Below, piece by piece: positions 11,201 to 19,871 of a DNA stretch of 64,000 nucleotides. Location: positions 1 through 64,000 of IMG/VR virus record IMGVR_UViG_3300014666_000034, one strand, 5' to 3'. A program made the translations under genes and the position numbers. The stretch comes from an uncultured virus (IMG/VR IMGVR_UViG_3300014666_000034). Taxonomy: Duplodnaviria > Heunggongvirae > Uroviricota > Caudoviricetes. Numbering within the stretch: position 1 is the first letter of the stretch; each line of letters starts with the position of its first letter. The notes below the pieces were generated by a model. The model saw only the letters and a program-made list of their open reading frames with translations. It searched no databases and had not been told where the DNA came from.

Positions 11201-13078
11201 CGCATTAGCAACACCCATATTTTGAAGCATAGCAGTAGCAAGATTGGTATTTTCGTCTGTAAGTCCATTTAATACGCCAGAACTATCAATCCACGTTGTT
11301 ACGAGATCATTAAATGCAGATTTTGTAACATTTATATCTTTTGGTGAGGACGAAACCTTTTCAACGAAGTCAGTATAGGATTCTCCCAAGTCTTTAAAAT
11401 TATCTTTGAACTTTTTGTCATCTAGTAGAGCATAGTCAAACGGATTATCTTTGTCGGATATGCTCTTCATAATTTTATCTAAAGATTCAAAACCATCAGA
11501 TAGTGAGTTGATATTTGAGATTACGTCTTGTTTGGAAAGAGGAGAGAATGCGGCTTCACCAGACTTGGAGATATCATCTTGAACGTATTTCAATCTGGTC
11601 AGTTCATCAATGACCTGGTTAATGCTTAATCCATATTTGTCGGTTGATTCAACAATTTTATCAAAATTATCATCTTTTCCATCATTAGCCATGGATAGTA
11701 CATCTGTCTTTGTTAAACCTTTTAGGCTTTTAGCATAGTCTTTGATATTATCGTTGTTTGAAGAGAGTGCGTCTCTGAAATCGTAAAGTCCTGTGTTTGC
11801 GTGATCGAAAATATCATTCATTACATTTCCGTATCGTTTCCAATTGTCACTTGTTAAATCAATGGAATTTTTAACTTCATTGAGGTCATCTCTTGCTGAT
11901 AATATTTTAGATTCGTCACCAGAAATTAGTGCATCATTATATGCCTTCACGGCATTTGTAGCCTTATTATAACCTTCTGACAATTCGTTATCAGTGGCAA
12001 TTTGTGCTTTAAGTGCCTCATTATATTGATCTTGTGAATCGTCTAGTATTTTTTTGTTATTTTTTAAAGCATTAGTAGAATTATCGAGGAAACTAGTAAC
12101 AAAATTATTATCTTTGAATTTCTTATCAAGTTCTTGTATTTCGGTCGCTAAATCATGTATTATTTTATCAGCATTTTCAGCGTCACCCTTAAACTCAATA
12201 GTATAACCATTTATATCACCATTTGTAAAAGGATTAAGCTTTATACCCTGGTCTTGATACTTTGAAGCAATATCATAAATTTCTTGAGAATAATCATTCC
12301 TTAAATCACCAGTACTACCAAGAGAATATGTACGAGTTCTTTCCATTTCCTTCGTAGCGTTATCGATACCATTTCTGTTTTCAAGAAGATAATTCTGTGC
12401 CGCCACCTTATTTCTTGCTAATATAGCATCAGTCTGATCTTTGTAAGCATCAGTTACGAGATTTAATCGTCCATATTCATCACCATATTTTTCATTTAAT
12501 TCTTCTTGAAGTATTAGTAATTCATTCTTGATCTCGTGCTGACGCTCTTCTGTAGTATTGGCCTTTGTGAGTTCATCATGTAATTTCTTATACTTTTCCG
12601 CATAATCATTAATAGAAGAGGTAGTTTCTTTAAAAATATTTGCTGCATCAGCGGTGGCCTGACGTGTTTCTTCAATTGAACGTTTGTACATACTCCAACC
12701 AGCCACGCCAGCAGTAACGGCCATACCAACAAACAAAAGCGGATTCGCTATCATTGTCGACCAAAGACCTTTTAATGCTGTTGTGAAACCAGTGGTTGAT
12801 AAAGTGGCACTTTTCTGGGTTGTTGAAAGGGAAGTGGTGGAGATTGCTGTTTCAAGCTCTGCCTGAGACAGTCCTTTTACTGAACTAGATACTCCATTAA
12901 TATTGGTAGACCACACAGTACCGGCCTTAATGGCTTCCAACTGTGCCTTATTTAATTTCTCACTTGAAAGTATACATTTTTGCATACTAAGTTCTAGCGA
13001 ATTAAAGTATTCTGCAATATTATTACTATTTCTTAAACCAGTTAATGAATTTGAAAGATTTCCGAGGTCTTTAAGTTG
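8246..13078 (-). CDS. Tape measure protein, exon 2 (C-terminal 1610 aa; includes cell-wall-binding repeats)
   Basis: Long coiled-coil ORF before Dit; no RBS before its TTG; starts CAACTTAAA, complementary to the intron guide sequence. Confidence 0.85.
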   Translation of the reverse strand, partial: QLKDLGNLSNSLTGLRNSNNIAEYFNSLELSMQKCILSSEKLNKAQLEAIKAGTVWSTNINGVSSSVKGLSQAELETAISTTSLSTTQKSATLSTTGFTTALKGLWSTMIANPLLFVGMAVTAGVAGWSMYKRSIEETRQATADAANIFKETTSSINDYAEKYKKLHDELTKANTTEERQHEIKNELLILQEELNEKYGDEYGRLNLVTDAYKDQTDAILARNKVAAQNYLLENRNGIDNATKEMERTRTYSLGSTGDLRNDYSQEIYDIASKYQDQGIKLNPFTNGDINGYTIEFKGDAENADKIIHDLATEIQELDKKFKDNNFVTSFLDNSTNALKNNKKILDDSQDQYNEALKAQIATDNELSEGYNKATNAVKAYNDALISGDESKILSARDDLNEVKNSIDLTSDNWKRYGNVMNDIFDHANTGLYDFRDALSSNNDNIKDYAKSLKGLTKTDVLSMANDGKDDNFDKIVESTDKYGLSINQVIDELTRLKYVQDDISKSGEAAFSPLSKQDVISNINSLSDGFESLDKIMKSISDKDNPFDYALLDDKKFKDNFKDLGESYTDFVEKVSSSPKDINVTKSAFNDLVTTWIDSSGVLNGLTDENTNLATAMLQNMGVANAEEVVMSRLAIAQEHLAAEKAYTAEVSNDLANATASEIPGIIDEATQSDIAKVALAGLVLEKEFFNGNALDTSGDIENIISLVGVIGTANTALKALNTLKVGGSVGGNIGGKEGYEALVRNAEKEAEDAIKSASEYKGKGANVNASYTVGTKTNKPSGSKKDKKDFSEVFDWVETTIKRVDEKIQDIQSKISDTSNWKPKNTLTDTAIDEMANKITALQSQLDTYQKKADSYNLSPTYIDKIKNGTLEIETVTDEVIANNIKGYQEWYNKAEDVRKKIDETKKTLKELAQTKLENIINDFDSLVSLMDKYASYSNNLLNLQKELGESITNTDYERLINQQEAIYKQLHSKYNSLSNELSKAVSKGTIEVGSNEWRKYNEELIAVNSSMNDAVSSMNDFRKALINLPFEELERISSALDRINNGINTMSDLIGDDGLLDGGMLTSKGLAKIALLGQQYANAKQQAADYEEAINAINEMYENGSLTQAEYNEKLNEYTNAQLSAVKATKEAEQAILQFRYNAIQAQIDDMNNLIAAKKKALQTEKDYQDYLESISEKQTDINNLQAKIDELSLSTDRKDIAQRLQLEQQLSDAKKDLAKTQADYAYDKTIESLDKQEEDYQDAKKKELDELKSNTDAQKKVIEEYLGQVKDNYKTVYNTLTKYGTDYNVTMTSELTSPWESANSAVSTFKDAVSEAISQINIDIANIDLSKLTELVSTIQGFSADGNNSASFEDITGSGTWQKNSRGWWYGASNDDYASDGIYTIGGKQYSFNEDGYMKTGWDDSNGDWRYFEPENGQMVKSAWRKSKDGKDYYLKSDGTMATDMAIKAKDGNGYYYIDDSGVWDGKTISYDDVKKRNITVGYKSGTTNSKPGLKYVNEDGPELIVAKNGTVLNSVGGDTIFTKNMTDKLWDFAIDPSKFVLANMPKYDYRAMAMANRNNVSMNIDSPLLVVQGNADKEVLTQMNERLDTFINKEIPQKMMEMSKQH

Positions 13079-13103
13079 CAATATTTGGTAAAAATAGTAT
13101 AAT
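13076..13103 (+). promoter_or_regulatory. sigma-A promoter for the cargo lipoprotein, overlapping the 3' splice site
   Basis: TTGCAA (13076-81)-16 nt-TATAAT (13098-103). Confidence 0.55.
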
Positions 13104-13139
13104 AATTTTAATAGAATATAAATAAGGGAGAGTTATTTT

Positions 13140-13664
13140 ATGAAAAACTCAATTATTAAAATCTTTTCAATACTTATTGTATTAGGAGTAGTTATTAGTG
13201 GTTGCTCAAAAGAGTCCGAATATCATATTAAGCCGCCAAAGAACACAGACTTTAATTCTGCTAGTGTTACCGATTTGAATGATTCTGATATTGAGCTTAT
13301 AAAAGAGTGTATACCTAAGGTGGTAAAATGGTATAACTCAATAGATATTACAAAACCTCAACCTATTGATTTTGTAGCAGAAGAGGTAAGGGCTCCTGGT
13401 AATACTTTATTTAAAAACGAAATATATCAAACCTACCTAAATAACTTTACTTCGGGTATTAAACAAACAGATGAGGAAAAAGTAACCTTTAATCAAATCA
13501 ATATGATTAATGCTGTTTATGGGCAAATAGCTGAAATAATGATGACAAACGAAATTAACTATACGTTAGTAGGTGAAGGAGAAAACACAATAACGATTAA
13601 TAAGGATAGCTGGGCAAAATTAGGTGACAAAATTAAAGAGGCTATTGACTTTTATTATAATTAA
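13140..13664 (+). CDS. Lipoprotein of unknown function (intron cargo)
   Basis: MKNSIIKIFSILIVLGVVISG-C lipobox; GGGAG RBS. Confidence 0.8.
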   Translation: MKNSIIKIFSILIVLGVVISGCSKESEYHIKPPKNTDFNSASVTDLNDSDIELIKECIPKVVKWYNSIDITKPQPIDFVAEEVRAPGNTLFKNEIYQTYLNNFTSGIKQTDEEKVTFNQINMINAVYGQIAEIMMTNEINYTLVGEGENTITINKDSWAKLGDKIKEAIDFYYN

Positions 13665-13680
13665 TCATTTATAATAAACT

Positions 13681-13717
13681 AAAAAGGATCTCTGGAATTT
13701 AATGGAGGTTCTTTTTA
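13681..13717. terminator. Possibly bidirectional terminator
   Basis: AAAAAGGATCTCT...GGAGGTTCTTTTT imperfect hairpin. Confidence 0.5.
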
Positions 13718-13813
13718 TTATAGGTTACGAATAAACGTTCCGTCTGTTTTTTTAGTAACTTTTGGTATATAATAATACCATCATTTAGTAGTGTGGGGGG
13801 GGGTATTATTTTT

Positions 13814-14902
13814 ATGTTTCCTGATGAGATAAAGCAGATTCTTAATAAATATCAAAAATACAATGAAGGTAGTATTCAAAATATAAATAAAAATATTAAT
13901 ATTATAATTACCGAATTCAAAATCATTAACGCGAACTTAGCTAATGAACTTAAAAAGCTTGTCATAGATGAAAATACAAATAACAATGCAGAAGAACTTT
14001 TAAAGGATTCAATTGCATTGCGAGATTATATAAATTCTATTACCTCACTAGAATTTGATGACACTACAAAAATATTGGATGAATCAATACCTGTTTTTGA
14101 TAAGAAGGTATTTCCGTATCTTATCTCCGATGATTTATGCCCGTTTTGTAATGTTAAGTTGGTTCCACATATAATTTATTATCAAAGGAATCTTAATAAT
14201 CAATTAGTAAATGATGAAATTGAATGGAATAAATGCCCTAACTGTAAAAGATTATTTGTCTTAGACTACGATGCTGAAGGTTTTAACTTCAATAATACAA
14301 ACATAACATTAAACAAGGATAAGTATGACGAAATTCCGCTAATAGACATTTATAGTGTGATTGTATTAAGTAACACACTCAAGTGCTCATCAAATCACCG
14401 ATCAAAAGACTTGGTAGCAAAAATTCCTGTATTAAATGAAAGTGGTCAAATTATATACATAAAAATAAGCGCATCGTATTGCTTCGACTGTGAACGTTTT
14501 ACGATTCTCAAAGATGAATTTAATGCAATAAAAGATGTGGTTATGTGTAAGGTAATTGATGAAACAACCGAGGGACAAAGTAATAATTGCGATATGGAAA
14601 TGGGACAAAAGCAATCCATTCTTTATAACTATGGTTATAATGTTCAGACAAAGAAAAACTTATCAGGCCAACAGCGGCGTATTATTTTATCTTCTGTGAT
14701 AGAAGCAAACATAATGAATAGAAGAGATGTAATAAATCATATTAGCACTCTTATCGAAAGAGGCAGTAAAATATCATCTTGGAAAGATGCCACTCAAAAA
14801 TGGAAGACTGATAGGAAATTTGTGACTGAATATCAAAAGGATTGCTTACCGGAGGTTATTTTTAATAACATCATTTTAAAATACAGAAAATCTACAAAAT
14901 AA
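13814..14902 (+). CDS. Hypothetical protein with multiple CxxC Zn-binding motifs (intron cargo)
   Basis: CPFC, CPNC and CFDC motifs; upstream TATAAT. Confidence 0.75.
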   Translation: MFPDEIKQILNKYQKYNEGSIQNINKNINIIITEFKIINANLANELKKLVIDENTNNNAEELLKDSIALRDYINSITSLEFDDTTKILDESIPVFDKKVFPYLISDDLCPFCNVKLVPHIIYYQRNLNNQLVNDEIEWNKCPNCKRLFVLDYDAEGFNFNNTNITLNKDKYDEIPLIDIYSVIVLSNTLKCSSNHRSKDLVAKIPVLNESGQIIYIKISASYCFDCERFTILKDEFNAIKDVVMCKVIDETTEGQSNNCDMEMGQKQSILYNYGYNVQTKKNLSGQQRRIILSSVIEANIMNRRDVINHISTLIERGSKISSWKDATQKWKTDRKFVTEYQKDCLPEVIFNNIILKYRKSTK

Positions 14903-15109
14903 TATGATTTGAAACAGCACGGTAACAATAGAAGCAGGAGGACATTAGTAACAGTAATCTACCAAATTTCCTTATTGTAATTCGACTAATGTTAAAAAGG
15001 TTACGTACTTGTCTAAACCTGGTAGTGTGGTATTGGAGTATAATTACTGCTGATAATTTAGCATGGTAATAGTTGTAAGACTGATTTTTAGCGAATGGAG
15101 ACATAAACT

Positions 15110-15706
15110 ATGATATTATGTTGTACTACCTGTGGGAACAGTTTTAATTCAGATATAGATAATAATAAGTGCGACTATTGCGGTAATGAAACAGTTGTTT
15201 TAATTACTGACGAAGAACTAAAATCAATTCCAAAAAGTGAAATAGCCCTTCTTTCTAATACTCTAAAAGAAAAATACAAAAGCAATCCTAAATATAACTC
15301 TGATGTATGGGAGGCCAGAGTATCAAGAGACAATTATATAATTACTAAAGAACAAAATATAAATTTAAATAATAACATTTCAAACCACAAATTAACTACT
15401 GGATTTGATTTCGACGGTTATAAGATTACAAAATACATAGCGGTTATAAGTGGAAACGTAGTTTTGGGTACTGGTTTATTCAGTGAATTTGTTGGCTCGA
15501 TTAGTGATGTTTTAGGTACGACATCTACTCCTTTTGAAAACAAAATGGAGAAAGCAAAAGAAATTGCAATCGAAAAATTAATTATAAAATCAGCAACTAT
15601 TGGTGGAAACGCTATTATAGGTGTGGATTTTGATTTCTTTACTTTAAGCAATAATATGATCGCTGTTTCAGCGAACGGAACATCTGTCGTAATAGAAGAA
15701 GAGTGA
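15110..15706 (+). CDS. YbjQ/UPF0145-family protein with N-terminal Zn ribbon (intron cargo)
   Basis: CTTC/CDYC, then TTGFDFDGYKITKY...GGNAIIGVDFD...VSANGTSV. Confidence 0.85.
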   Translation: MILCCTTCGNSFNSDIDNNKCDYCGNETVVLITDEELKSIPKSEIALLSNTLKEKYKSNPKYNSDVWEARVSRDNYIITKEQNINLNNNISNHKLTTGFDFDGYKITKYIAVISGNVVLGTGLFSEFVGSISDVLGTTSTPFENKMEKAKEIAIEKLIIKSATIGGNAIIGVDFDFFTLSNNMIAVSANGTSVVIEEE

Positions 15707-15736
15707 ATCTTGATTGAAGCTAGTAAATCGCAAATG

Positions 15737-15803
15737 AAAATGGGGGTATCGTAGGATACTCCTTTTTTTGTACACAAAAAGAGCCAGTCAAATGACTGAC
15801 TCT
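15737..15803. terminator. Two adjacent terminator hairpins between convergent cargo units
   Basis: GGGGTATC-gtag-GATACTCC-TTTTTT (+) and AAAAA-GAGCCAGTCA-aa-TGACTGACTC (-). Confidence 0.65.
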
Positions 15804-15909
15804 AAATTAAATTGGAGTTATATATATAAAAATATTTAATTGTAAATCATGGTATATTTTTGATAATTTCGAATATAATGAGTAATTTGCATATAAAAAC
15901 TAAGCATAG

Positions 15910-16010
15910 AAAAAGGACTAGAATTAACTAGTCCCTTTCAACATATCGTGATAAAACATATCGTAACAAAACATATCGTATCAAAACTTATCTTAACAAA
16001 ATCATATCGT
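15910..16010 (-). ncRNA. Putative ~100-nt small RNA made of five 15-nt tandem repeats
   Basis: Promoter TTGACA(16045-40)-17-TATCAT(16022-17); ACGAUAUG-core repeats; terminator GGACUAG/CUAGUCC-UUUUU; no RBS or usable ORF. Confidence 0.6.
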
Positions 16011-16013
16011 GAA
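15940..16013 (+). repeat. Tandem repeat AACATATCGTRWYAA x5 (periods 15,15,15,16)
   Basis: CATATCGT cores at 15942, 15957, 15972, 15987 (degenerate CTTATCTT) and 16003. Confidence 0.9.
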
Positions 16014-16063
16014 CTTATGATATCATTTATTGTATTATATGTCAAGTGATTTTTTTTGTTACT

Positions 16064-16852
16064 TTATTCTGGTGCAGATATAGAAATTGCTCTACCTTCG
16101 CCCCTTTTTATTAAAGCTCCCCTCTCCAGCATTATATTTATAATTTCTGACGCATATACTTCGGATACATTACATTTCTTAACAATCTCATCTTTTGCCC
16201 ATGTAAATCCAAGAGTTTTACCATTACCTCTATTAGTAGTATGCCATTCAGACAACGCTGTTTTCACTTGTTCAAACCAATATTCCGGATTTCCCTTATC
16301 GTCATCAATATTAAATAATTTTAAGATGTCGCAAGAAAAGTCGCAATATGACTCAAAGTGGGTTGTTTGAGATGTATTTTGACTCGTGAAATATAAATGG
16401 ACTTGTTTTCCTTTATATTTTAATCTACTCATTATTGGTATCATATCACTATCAGATGTCACGATTGAATATGTATCTATATTAGGATCCTTATATGTGG
16501 ATTCAATTGCGTCTATACTCAGTTCGATATCGGATGCATTTTTTCTATATTTATCATCTCTGTTATTACCATATACATTTCTTATTTGGACTCTTTGTTC
16601 TTGTAGTTTTCTGAGACTTACTTTTACCTGTTCGAAATCAGCGTATGCTCTAAACGATCTGATTTTATCTCTACCATATAAGTTATTAAAATACTCACAT
16701 ATATTATATTCATCATCCGTAACATCTATAGCATATCTTTTCATTGTATAATACAAATTGTCATAATCAATTAATATGCAAACATTATTGGTACTCTCAA
16801 CTGCATCTTGAACCTCCCTATTCACTTCTTCATTTAAGCTCATTCCACCCAT
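16064..16852 (-). CDS. NYN-domain (LabA/DUF88, PIN-like) ribonuclease with C-terminal helical domain (intron cargo)
   Basis: ILIDYDN, RAYADF, KNASDIELSIDA and IVTSDSDMIP motifs. Confidence 0.88.
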   Translation of the reverse strand: MGGMSLNEEVNREVQDAVESTNNVCILIDYDNLYYTMKRYAIDVTDDEYNICEYFNNLYGRDKIRSFRAYADFEQVKVSLRKLQEQRVQIRNVYGNNRDDKYRKNASDIELSIDAIESTYKDPNIDTYSIVTSDSDMIPIMSRLKYKGKQVHLYFTSQNTSQTTHFESYCDFSCDILKLFNIDDDKGNPEYWFEQVKTALSEWHTTNRGNGKTLGFTWAKDEIVKKCNVSEVYASEIINIMLERGALIKRGEGRAISISAPE

Positions 16853-17494
16853 AATAATTCTCCTAACGTATAATTATTTACCATAAATTACCATATAGTT
16901 ATTATACGACTAAGATTGATATATTTCTACAAGAACGTAGGTTCTTATTAGGGTGATATTTACATCTAAATACTGTAAATATATAACTATGTTTTTACAT
17001 TTATTTGAATCAAATATATAAATATCCAACGCTCTGTGAAGTGTTGATATCGTGTACACTTTGGAACATGCATTAACAGCACAATAAAATATGGCTTTCA
17101 TGTACTGTGAGGAGTGGTGCTCTCTGAACACTCCCTATCATTAATGATCTTATCCCGACATTGCTTGCGCAATTGTTACCATCGGATTATATATCATGAC
17201 TAAACGTAGATAGGGCTAGCTGCTTCATTGGTGATTGTACATCTGTCGGGAATTATTTTTTATCCCTAGAAATCTCACTACGGTGTGTAAACCGTTTGAC
17301 TTATTTACCTTATTTTTCGGTTTCTTCAAAATAGAAGAGTAGTGAGTATTACACTTTTAAGCAATTAATCCTCTTTTTATTTTAAAACTTTCGTCTCTAG
17401 GAATTGTAAATACCGCCATTATGGTATTTCCTTCCCCTAGATAGGCCAACTTAAATCCCTCGGAAATTTAAGCGTAACTCTTGTTTCAGAGTTA

Positions 17495-19057
17495 ACCGTA
17501 GTTTTTTATAAATGCGGCTATACCAGCACCAGATAGTGTAGTAGATAAAATACCAAAACCATTTATTGTCTTATCTAATACATTATTAAACGTCGTACCA
17601 GAATCTATAAGAAACTTTAAGAAATTTGAATTTAGTATAGTCTGTGATAGTGATTGGAACGAAGCTTCATACTGTTGTGTTTTCGCATCAATTGACTGAA
17701 TCCACTTGCTCTGTTCTTCATAAGCTGATCCGGAAGAATTTATAGATGCATCAAGAGCCTTTTGCACTTGCCCAGATTGGAATGACTGAATTAGTGCCGC
17801 AACGCTGTTGCCGCGTTGTTTTCCTGCTATGACCTCAAGAAGGTCGGCCTGGTCAGTTTGGGAAATTTTCGACCATACTTCAGATATTCCCTTTAGAATC
17901 TCGTATGTAGACTTGAAATTGCCTTTGTTATCAAAAATATTTACTGTTCCACCAGTGCGGTTTAAAATCTGAGTTTGTATTTTTGAGATGGATTCTACAT
18001 TGTCATACTCTTCTCCGAGTGCTTCCAGCTCGCCTTTCATGCCTCGTATTCTCATGCTTAATATTTTTAGCGCATTACCCATTTCTGAGGCGTTCTGAAT
18101 TATTTCCGTACCACCGGTTAGCATAGCAAGAGTCTGATTAATATCGTTTCCAGCAAGACGAAGAGAAGAGGCTGAATTTTTAAGTCCTTCTCCCAGAGAA
18201 GCAGCATCAGTGGCAAATTCATTACCAAGTTTGTTAAGTGAATCGACAATTGTTATACTCTTTGTACTTTCGATATTAAACGCCTTCATTGCTGTTACTA
18301 AATCAGAAACAGCAGTTTTATCATCGACTTCCCCTACGTTTGAGTAAATCGATGATACTTTAGCCATGTTGGCGCTTTCATCTATTGTGAATCCAAGTTT
18401 TTTCCAGGTCGCTGTCTGCTCAATAAGACTGGATACTGTTCTACCGAGTTTTTGAGCTTCTACATTTGAACTTTGAAGAATCTGTCTATATTTTGAACCC
18501 GTTTCATCGGATACTTTATAGAGATTGGTTAAGGCTGTATTTATCTCGATCACAGAATCCTTCATTTTACGTAATCCACTAATGGCAGCCATAATTCCAC
18601 CAGAAGGAAGTAACCATGAAGCAAATTTACTTGCGTCTGCCTTAAACGAATCACCCCAGGTCTTACCAAGCAAGTTCATATCTCTGGATGCAATTTTGAT
18701 CTTATTGAAGCTGGCATCTAAACCCTTAAATTCAGACAGTGAAAGATTAGCCTTTCCCATTTTGGTGATGATGTCCTGGATCTGATCACCAAACATCTTC
18801 ATGGCTTTGGTATTGTTGTCAGCCCAAGTTTTAACTGTATTGATTTTTGATAACTGCCTAGATTCAGATACAATCTTTCCAATTGCTGAAGCCGTATCAT
18901 TTAAGTCCTTTTTTGCCTTCTTAGCTTCAGAAGTACCGACTTTTATTTCCGTTTTTAAATTGGCGTCTTTTTGTAATTCCTTTAAAATGCTATTTAATTC
19001 ACTTCTCGCTTTTGCTTTATCGAATATAAGCTCAACGAGAGTTCTAAAATCAGCCAT
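17495..19057 (-). CDS. Tape measure protein, exon 1 (TP901-family TMP domain, 521 aa)
   Basis: INTALTNLYKVSD...IVDSLNKLGNEFA...GNALKILSMRIRG; ends ...KNYG at the predicted 5' splice site (GGU|UAA). Confidence 0.88.
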
Positions 19058-19155
19058 ATAATTCTCCTCTCAAAAATTTACACAATAAAAAACTCCCCTT
19101 GTATGAAAGGAGAGTTGGTTAATAAATAAGTGTTCGCTATAATATGGTGAAGATT

Positions 19156-19596
19156 TTATTTTGTATCTACGCCCGCTCTTTTAAGTTCTTCTTTGAGAAT
19201 TTTCAGAGCGTTGTTATCGCAATAACTTTCAAATTCATCCCAGTACCTATGTTGTACTGATTCTTTAGTTGTCCAGCCACCATGAATTCCTTCATTGGCA
19301 GCATTTATTTGAGTTGCGCCGTTCCACGACCAACCCCTTCCGCTAAATGGATAGTACATCTTATCTGGGTTCATAAAGATCTGTCCACAAGTATTAGTAA
19401 GCATTTCTGTCATTGCAGATTCATAGAACTGCATAGTTCTTTGGTACTGTTTGGGTTCATACGCATCATAGTATTCTGACATAATCAATTCTTGCAAAGT
19501 CCCAAGTAATCTATTGCAAGTTTTCTTTACGGCCTTTTCACATGCTGAGTCAATAAAGTTTTCCATTTCAATAAAAGATTTAAAAGTTCTAGCCAT
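19156..19596 (-). CDS. Phage tail-region hypothetical protein (possible tail completion protein)
   Basis: 146 aa; YYDAYEPKQYQRT motif; upstream of TMP. Confidence 0.65.
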   Translation of the reverse strand: MARTFKSFIEMENFIDSACEKAVKKTCNRLLGTLQELIMSEYYDAYEPKQYQRTMQFYESAMTEMLTNTCGQIFMNPDKMYYPFSGRGWSWNGATQINAANEGIHGGWTTKESVQHRYWDEFESYCDNNALKILKEELKRAGVDTK

Positions 19597-19802
19597 TACT
19601 TATCATCCCTATGTATATAATCATGTACGACACCAGCAAACTCTTTAATAAATTCGCTCTTTACTTCTTCAGGTGTCATATTCTTAGAAGCTACGGCCAA
19701 CTTTGTGAACATCTCTAAATAATCTTCACTATGGGATAATACCTTATATAACTCAATTTTAAGTCTTGCAAAGAATAACTTTGATTTAATATAATTAATC
19801 AT
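19596..19802 (-). CDS. Hypothetical protein
   Basis: 68 aa, GGAGG RBS, coupled to next gene. Confidence 0.65.
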   Translation of the reverse strand: MINYIKSKLFFARLKIELYKVLSHSEDYLEMFTKLAVASKNMTPEEVKSEFIKEFAGVVHDYIHRDDK

Positions 19803-19871
19803 AGATTTTCCTCCAATTTAAATAAGAGCCAATCATCATGATCGGCTCTAAACTTTGTTTTCAATATTTTT

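Larger units (their letters stand above)
13079..17494 (-). ncRNA. Group I self-splicing intron (4,416 nt) in the tape measure gene; catalytic core at about 17040-17494, cargo genes in the 3' (P9) region
   Basis: P4 UUGCUU/AAGCAG; P3 GAGGA/UCCUC; P6a CCCUAUC/GAUAGGG; R GUUCAGAGAGCA and S AAUGCAUGUUCC (P7 GAGCA/UGUUC); P8 ACAGUACA/UGUGCUGU; guide UUUAAGUUGGCC pairs with GGU|CAACUUAAA; terminal G at 13079. Confidence 0.88.

Noticed and set aside
15940..16013. CRISPR array
   Set aside because: 15-nt units are head-to-tail with no unique spacers, and no cas genes are in the window.
16910..17131. 73-aa ORF in the ORF track
   Set aside because: It overlaps the intron's P7-P9 elements and has no protein-like features; likely spurious.
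8246..19057. TMP as a pseudogene broken by insertion, or as two independent genes
   Set aside because: Both halves are intact, exon 2 lacks an RBS, and the intron core plus guide pairing predicts an exact in-frame join.
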